Origin: an uncultured virus (IMG/VR IMGVR_UViG_3300042518_000937)
Lineage: Duplodnaviria > Heunggongvirae > Uroviricota > Caudoviricetes
Virus record (IMG/VR): IMGVR_UViG_3300042518_000937
DNA length: 20,000 nt
Reading direction: 5' to 3' (one strand)
Program-made: the position numbers and the translations under genes
Shown here: in pieces, positions 15,375 to 20,000 of the stretch
Layout of the letters: each line of letters begins with the position of its first letter
Position numbering within the stretch: the stretch's first letter is position 1
Notes under the pieces: model-generated
What the model was told of the DNA's origin: nothing
The model's database searches: none
Seen by the model: the letters and a program-made list of their open reading frames with translations, nothing else

Positions 15375-15919
15375 CAGAACACCTGATAGCTGATGCCGTC
15401 GAACTGCACGGTGTCGTATTTGCCGGTGGGGGCCGACACGGAAATGCCGCCGTCTGTGCCGATGCGGACACCCGCAAGCCGGTACGACACACCGGTATCC
15501 ACGGCAAACGCGGCGGCGTTGACCTCAAGCTGGGGAGTCGGGATCGCGCTGTTCAATTTTCGGACACCCAGCCCAGACCCCGGCGATGACACTTTGACAG
15601 CCACGGTGCCCCGCAGTTGCACCGTGCCGTTGATGAGGCGGGCCTCGACCAGTCCCGTACCCGTTCCGGTGAGTGGGCAAGCCACCCAGTCGACGTTGGC
15701 CGGCACGGTCTTGCCTCCGGTGAAGATGTTGCGGATCTCGGTGACCGTGGACGCCGGAAGCGGAGGTGGTGCCGCCTTGTCGGCTTTCAGTGACTCCAGG
15801 TCTTTGCGCATCGCCCCGATGACCGCTTCCATCACAGCGAAGTCACCGTCAAACGGAGTCAGCGTGCGGGAGAATTTCTGAGGCTCACCCGCCCTGTCCT
15901 TGTTACCCAGAACCGTCAT
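15374..15919 (-). CDS. Putative short fibre/receptor-binding protein
   Basis: Short coiled-coil then a beta-rich head (R.INGTVQLRG…IGTDGGI…FDGISY); TGATG overlaps. Confidence 0.7.
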   Translation of the reverse strand: MTVLGNKDRAGEPQKFSRTLTPFDGDFAVMEAVIGAMRKDLESLKADKAAPPPLPASTVTEIRNIFTGGKTVPANVDWVACPLTGTGTGLVEARLINGTVQLRGTVAVKVSSPGSGLGVRKLNSAIPTPQLEVNAAAFAVDTGVSYRLAGVRIGTDGGISVSAPTGKYDTVQFDGISYQVF

Positions 15920-17253
15920 CACTTACTCCCCGGGAAGTCAATGCCGGTGGCTTCAACCAACGCCACCAAGATGTCGTTGAGCAACCAGAACATTTCGGTA
16001 ATGGACTGCACCGTCGCGGTCGGCCCGTTCATGGCGTTCATCAAGTCCTGCACCAGCTTCGCCAGGTCGTTGTGGCTGGTGTACACGCCGCTGAACAGGT
16101 CCACAATGGAGTTCTCCCACCGCTCAAAGAAGGCCTTGTCCACATACTTTTCCGCCACCCAGGCGACAATCTCGGCGTCCTGCGCCTCCAGCCGCTGAGT
16201 CTCCCCGGCCAGCTTCGCCAAATCACCCTTCAGCGTGATGTTTTCGGCTTCCAGAGCGTCCAGCCGCGCCAGCAGCGAGTCCACAACCGCCTGAGAAACA
16301 CCCTCGCCGCCGCCAAGGGCGGCACCCTCAAGGGCGGTGACACGATCCGCCACGCCGTCGAGGGCGGTTTGTTCGGCCTTGCCGGTGCGGAGGAACTGGT
16401 AGCCCTGCTCCAACCCGCGGGTTTCCTCAGTGCGGGTAGTGACTTCGTCAAGCAGGCGTTGGTTGAAGTCAGAGAAAAATCCACCGATGATGCCGGTGCT
16501 GCTGTTGGCGTCACCAGTGACCCAGTTGACGATAGCGGCGGTCACCGCAGCCGGGGTTGCCCCGCCCTGCGGCAGATCAGCGATAGCCGCGTCCACGATG
16601 GCCTGGATCAGTACCGGCAGGCCGGCCTGCACATCAGCCGCAGTCGGGTTGGCCGACAACGGCTTGCCTGACAGCGCCGACAGCAGTTGCGCAACAGCAA
16701 CACTGGTATCCGAAACGGCTTGCCAGACCACCTCAACGTCGGGGACAGTCGCACCGGGTTTTACCGCCAGCAGGTCCAGCAGCGGCTGGACCTGGCCCAG
16801 CACCACTGCCTGCTCGGCGGTCAACCCGGCCCCGGTCTGCAACGTCGGACCCAGATCGGCCAACGCCTGAGCGATCAGCGCGGTGACCGCTGGTTCGGTA
16901 ATACCGAAATCGGGCAGGGAGGCAACCGCAGCGGCGATGAGGGCTTTAACCTCGGCTTCGTTGAGGCCCTCCAGGTTCATGCCACCGATGACAGTGTTGA
17001 CCATCTGCTCCAATAGGGCATAGTCCACGCCGCCAGTTGCGATTGTGTTCAGGCGATCCTCAACTGAGACTAAGGTCTTGCGGATGCGCTTAGCGAGCAG
17101 CGAAGAACCCAGGTAGCTGGGGTCCCACGCCGGGATACTGCGGAGGCTGTACGGGCCGCTGCGTGCGTCAACGTCACCCCCGGCGACGAGTCCGCGGGCT
17201 TCCATCCGCCGGAGGAAGTACGGTGACTTGCTGCCGTTGGGGATGTCAGTCAT
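15919..17253 (-). CDS. Alpha-helical/coiled-coil putative virion fibre protein, 444 aa
   Basis: AAGGAG RBS; heptad-rich C-terminal half; located among tail genes. Confidence 0.7.
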   Translation of the reverse strand: MTDIPNGSKSPYFLRRMEARGLVAGGDVDARSGPYSLRSIPAWDPSYLGSSLLAKRIRKTLVSVEDRLNTIATGGVDYALLEQMVNTVIGGMNLEGLNEAEVKALIAAAVASLPDFGITEPAVTALIAQALADLGPTLQTGAGLTAEQAVVLGQVQPLLDLLAVKPGATVPDVEVVWQAVSDTSVAVAQLLSALSGKPLSANPTAADVQAGLPVLIQAIVDAAIADLPQGGATPAAVTAAIVNWVTGDANSSTGIIGGFFSDFNQRLLDEVTTRTEETRGLEQGYQFLRTGKAEQTALDGVADRVTALEGAALGGGEGVSQAVVDSLLARLDALEAENITLKGDLAKLAGETQRLEAQDAEIVAWVAEKYVDKAFFERWENSIVDLFSGVYTSHNDLAKLVQDLMNAMNGPTATVQSITEMFWLLNDILVALVEATGIDFPGSK

Positions 17254-17271
17254 CGTTTGCGCTCCTTGGAG

Positions 17272-17290
17272 GTGTTGCAGAATGCAACAC
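17272..17290. promoter_or_regulatory. Palindromic repeat copy 13 (GTGTTGC-AGAAT-GCAACAC)
   Basis: Perfect 8-bp arms; 18 nt before ATG 17253 on the - strand. Confidence 0.85.
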
Positions 17291-17368
17291 CCGCTTGCTC
17301 CACGAACTACATGCTAACGGCCACGCCGCGTAATGGGGTGCATGTTCCGGCCAAGGTCGCCGGTGGGG

Positions 17369-17387
17369 GTGTTGCGAAACGCAACGC
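17369..17387. promoter_or_regulatory. Palindromic repeat copy 14 (GTGTTGC-GAAAC-GCAACGC)
   Basis: 1 mismatch; adjacent to the terminator. Confidence 0.8.
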
Positions 17388-17393
17388 GGAAAC

Positions 17394-17433
17394 AAAAACG
17401 CCCACCACGCCGAGTCCGGCGTGTGGGCGTTTT
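17394..17433 (-). terminator. Intrinsic terminator, probably bidirectional
   Basis: AAAAACGCCCACCACGCCG-AGTC-CGGCGTGTGGGCGTTTT, with T-tracts on both strands. Confidence 0.85.
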
Positions 17434-17443
17434 CCGTGATGGG

Positions 17444-17890
17444 CTACTGCAGACCGTAGGCGTGGGTGGGGGTGATCGTCACCTTGCCCGCGGCGCTCAG
17501 CGTCACCGCCGGGTTGAGCGCCTTGCCGTACAGGTAGGTGCCGCCCACCCACACCCCATAGAAACCGATGGCCCCCGCGGGGACATCGAACTGAATCGGG
17601 TTGCCGGTGATCTTTCCCCGTCCGGTTCCTGCCTCAACCTCGGCAGCGTTCCAGGTGACCGGCTTGCGCGCATAGCCGCCGCCGGTCAGTTCGGAAGCGC
17701 CGGTTTTTCCAGGGTCTGCGCTGTGCAGGCTCACCTGTTGCCCCGCCAGGGTGGACAGGGTGTTGCCGCCAGCGTTGGCGGCAAGGCCGCCGATGAGGTT
17801 GGCGATCGCCTTCTTGAAGGCGTCGGAGCCGTTGACGCGCAACATTCCGGGGTCGATGGTGCCTTCTTCGCCGCCGAGGGGTTCAGTCAT
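17444..17890 (-). CDS. Minor tail protein (actinophage SLHxADPG family)
   Basis: VSLHSADPGKTGASELTGGGYARKPVTW…FDVPAG…YGVW. Confidence 0.8.
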   Translation of the reverse strand: MTEPLGGEEGTIDPGMLRVNGSDAFKKAIANLIGGLAANAGGNTLSTLAGQQVSLHSADPGKTGASELTGGGYARKPVTWNAAEVEAGTGRGKITGNPIQFDVPAGAIGFYGVWVGGTYLYGKALNPAVTLSAAGKVTITPTHAYGLQ

Positions 17891-17918
17891 GACGACAATC
17901 TTTCCACAACTTCCGCGG

Positions 17919-17937
17919 GTGTTGCGAATTGCAACAC
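17919..17937. promoter_or_regulatory. Palindromic repeat copy 15 (GTGTTGC-GAATT-GCAACAC)
   Basis: Perfect 7-bp arms; 28 nt before ATG 17890 on the - strand. Confidence 0.85.
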
Positions 17938-17939
17938 TG

Positions 17940-20000
17940 TCAAGTCATGCGTTTTACCACTGGATGCTCCAGCGGCCCTTCCAAGTTCCGCGCCGCGCCG
18001 CGGAATCGAATCCAGACCCGACCGTTGCCGCCGTTGCCGCCGAACCCGCCGATGCCCAGCAGCGGACCGCTAGAGCCGGAGCCGCCCGCGCCGGGCGAGC
18101 CGCCCTGAGCGCCGCTAATCTGCGCTGTCGACCCACCGATGTAGGTGACCCCGTTGAAAATGTAGCTGGGGGGATTGCCGCCCCACTGGCTACCACTCTG
18201 CGCGCCGTTGCCGCCAGCTGCGGACACCAGCACCCCGTTCACCGCGGCAGAAGACTGGGTGCCCGGCTGGGCAATGGCGACGATCAAGGTTTCCGGTGGA
18301 TTGTCACCACCGCGGCCGCCGAATCCAACCTGGACGACGAACGTCTTGCTTGCGCCCAGGTCGGCGCGGAAGAACCGGCGCGCCGCCCACTTGCCCGCCG
18401 CGCCGCCTTGTGCCGCGATGAACGGGCCGATGCCCTGACCACCGCCGCCGCCGCCGCCGAGTGCCACCACATCGAACTCACTCGCCCAGTCGGGGACGGT
18501 GACGACGTGGCCGCCGGGGGCGGTTAGCGATACGGTTTCGGTCATGTCGGTGATGCCGGGCCGCGGGTTGCCGATGACCTCCACTGAACTCAGCTGCTCG
18601 GATACAGAGATGCTGGCACCACCGGTAATGGTCAGGCGCGCCGACAGGTTGGCTGCTGGCGCTTCGGTCGCCTCGACCCTGGAAGCCGCATAGAACCCAG
18701 AGGCCCCGGCGAACTTGTTGAACTCCTGGGTGTAGCCCACCGGGGGCGTCCAGGCGTAGGACGGCTGTGGCGGGGGGATGCCGCCGCCAAGCTGGACGCC
18801 GCCGCCGGAAAGCGCGCGGATGACCATAGACCGGCCATCAAGGTGCTGCATCACCAGGGCTGGCGTGACATTGTTGAACGTCTGCCCGGTGGTGCGGGTC
18901 TCGGCCGCTGCAGCCACCTTGATGTCACCGACCGGCACGTCTGCGACGTTGGTGACGATAGCCACGTCAAGCACGGCTGCGCCCGTCCAGGTCCCCAGCG
19001 TGTGATCGGTGCGGGTGGCCTTAGCCCATGCGAAGCGCATTCCGCGGGAAGTGCCGGAGGCGGCAACCGAGTTGGCGACAGGTCCGGAGGTGAACGCCGG
19101 AACGGTGCCGACGGCAGCAGGCATGGCGGGCGTACCGGCGACGTTGGTTCCAGCCGACCCGGCCCACACCAAGATGAGGTCGCCCACCTTGTGCGGAGGA
19201 AGGACGGCGGTGGTGCCGTAATTCTCAACCCAGCCAGTGATCTGCGGCGGCGGGGAGGCCATCACATCGAGAGTGGCCTCGGCGATACTGTAGGAGGTGG
19301 ACTCGGAATCGACTTCGGTGTCGGCATCGGAGATGCCGTAGCTGAATGACACCCGGTCGGCGTTCTGCAGCGGAACGATCGCCGCGTCGAAGCTCGACAA
19401 GGAGATCGTTTCGGAGCCGGCGTCCGACGACGGACTGAACAGTCCGACGCTGAACGAAGTCGCCTCCGCCGACAGCAGCGGCACGATCCCAGCCCAGACG
19501 CCCGACAGCGACACCGCCTCGACTTCGTTGTCTTCCATGTCGGTGCTGACATCGGAGTGCGACTCAGCGTCAGCGGCCAGGAACGCCTCAAGGTCAGCCC
19601 AGACGCCCGACAGCGACACCGCTTCGACTTCGTTGTCTTCCATGTCGGTGCTGACGTCGGAGTACGACTCGGCGTCGGCGGTCAGGAACGCCTCAAGGTC
19701 AGCCCAGACGCCCGACAACGACACCGCCTCGGCTTCGTTGTCTTCTATGTCGGTGCTGACGTCGGAGTACGACTCGGCGTCGGCGGTCAGGAACGCCTCA
19801 AGGTCGGCCCAGACGCCCGACAGCGACACCGCTTCGGCTTCGTTGTCTTCTATGTCGGTGCTGACGTCGGAGTACGACTCGGCGTCGGCGGTCAGGAACG
19901 CTTCAAGGTCAGCCCAGACGCCCGACAGCGACACCGCCTCGACTTCGTTGTCTTCTATGTCGGTGCTGACGTCGGAGTACGACTCGGCGTCGGCGGTCAG
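17940..20000 (-). CDS. Minor tail protein with 35-aa acidic repeats and a C-terminal glycine-rich domain; 5' end outside the window
   Basis: Frame is open through nt 20000; VP.WA..FDVVALGGGGGG…GG.GGNGRVWIRF. Confidence 0.82.
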   Translation of the reverse strand: MTADAESYSDVSTDIEDNEVEAVSLSGVWADLEAFLTADAESYSDVSTDIEDNEAEAVSLSGVWADLEAFLTADAESYSDVSTDIEDNEAEAVSLSGVWADLEAFLTADAESYSDVSTDMEDNEVEAVSLSGVWADLEAFLAADAESHSDVSTDMEDNEVEAVSLSGVWAGIVPLLSAEATSFSVGLFSPSSDAGSETISLSSFDAAIVPLQNADRVSFSYGISDADTEVDSESTSYSIAEATLDVMASPPPQITGWVENYGTTAVLPPHKVGDLILVWAGSAGTNVAGTPAMPAAVGTVPAFTSGPVANSVAASGTSRGMRFAWAKATRTDHTLGTWTGAAVLDVAIVTNVADVPVGDIKVAAAAETRTTGQTFNNVTPALVMQHLDGRSMVIRALSGGGVQLGGGIPPPQPSYAWTPPVGYTQEFNKFAGASGFYAASRVEATEAPAANLSARLTITGGASISVSEQLSSVEVIGNPRPGITDMTETVSLTAPGGHVVTVPDWASEFDVVALGGGGGGGQGIGPFIAAQGGAAGKWAARRFFRADLGASKTFVVQVGFGGRGGDNPPETLIVAIAQPGTQSSAAVNGVLVSAAGGNGAQSGSQWGGNPPSYIFNGVTYIGGSTAQISGAQGGSPGAGGSGSSGPLLGIGGFGGNGGNGRVWIRFRGAARNLEGPLEHPVVKRMT
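19491..20000 (-). repeat. 105-bp near-identical tandem repeat (about 4.9 copies visible)
   Basis: (A/G)GCCCAGACG recurs at 19491, 19596, 19701, 19806 and 19911. Confidence 0.95.

Noticed and set aside
16684..16703. Degenerate palindrome CAGTTGC-GCAACA-GCAACAC
   Set aside because: Two arm mismatches and the wrong spacer length; explained by Val-Ala codons.
515..17937. CRISPR array or insertion-sequence ends as an explanation for the palindromes
   Set aside because: Spacing is irregular (55 bp to over 5 kb) with genes in between, and there is no cas gene, transposase or target-site duplication.
515..17937. Palindrome as a LexA SOS box or canonical parS
   Set aside because: It does not match the actinobacterial SOS box (TCGAAC-N4-GTTCGA) or parS (GTTTCACGTGAAAC).
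1..20000. Prophage boundary, integrase, tRNA or reverse transcriptase/DGR
   Set aside because: None recognisable; the repeats are tandem and lack the adenine-specific TR/VR pattern.

Overview
GC-rich actinobacteriophage (most likely mycobacteriophage) genome segment made of two convergent halves. The + strand (1-9632) is a non-structural block: an orphan ParB-family protein, then a consensus SigA-type promoter leading into a zinc-finger protein, a Ku homologue and a DNA polymerase III beta-clamp homologue, followed by a putative ADP-ribosyltransferase-fold protein, many small hypotheticals, an HTH protein and an endonuclease VII. The - strand (20000 down to 9719) carries minor tail/fibre genes (glycine-rich, collar-domain, collagen-like), a DUF732-like secreted protein and a lysis cassette (C39-like peptidase + GH19 lysin A, holin-like protein, second membrane protein; no lysin B seen). 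From recalled knowledge, the gene content and layout resemble Cluster O (Corndog-like) mycobacteriophages. The most striking unexplained feature is a dispersed 19-bp palindrome, GTGTTGCR-NNN-YGCAACAC, found 15 times. Ten copies lie 18-36 nt upstream of start codons, five lie in coding sequence (always read as VAxRNT), and two pairs sit at transcription-unit junctions. This suggests a genome-wide operator, parS-like or roadblock system whose cognate protein may be the ParB, HTH or zinc-finger protein encoded here. No integrase, tRNA or CRISPR array is visible, so free phage versus prophage cannot be decided. All family assignments are from motif recognition by eye, not from searches.
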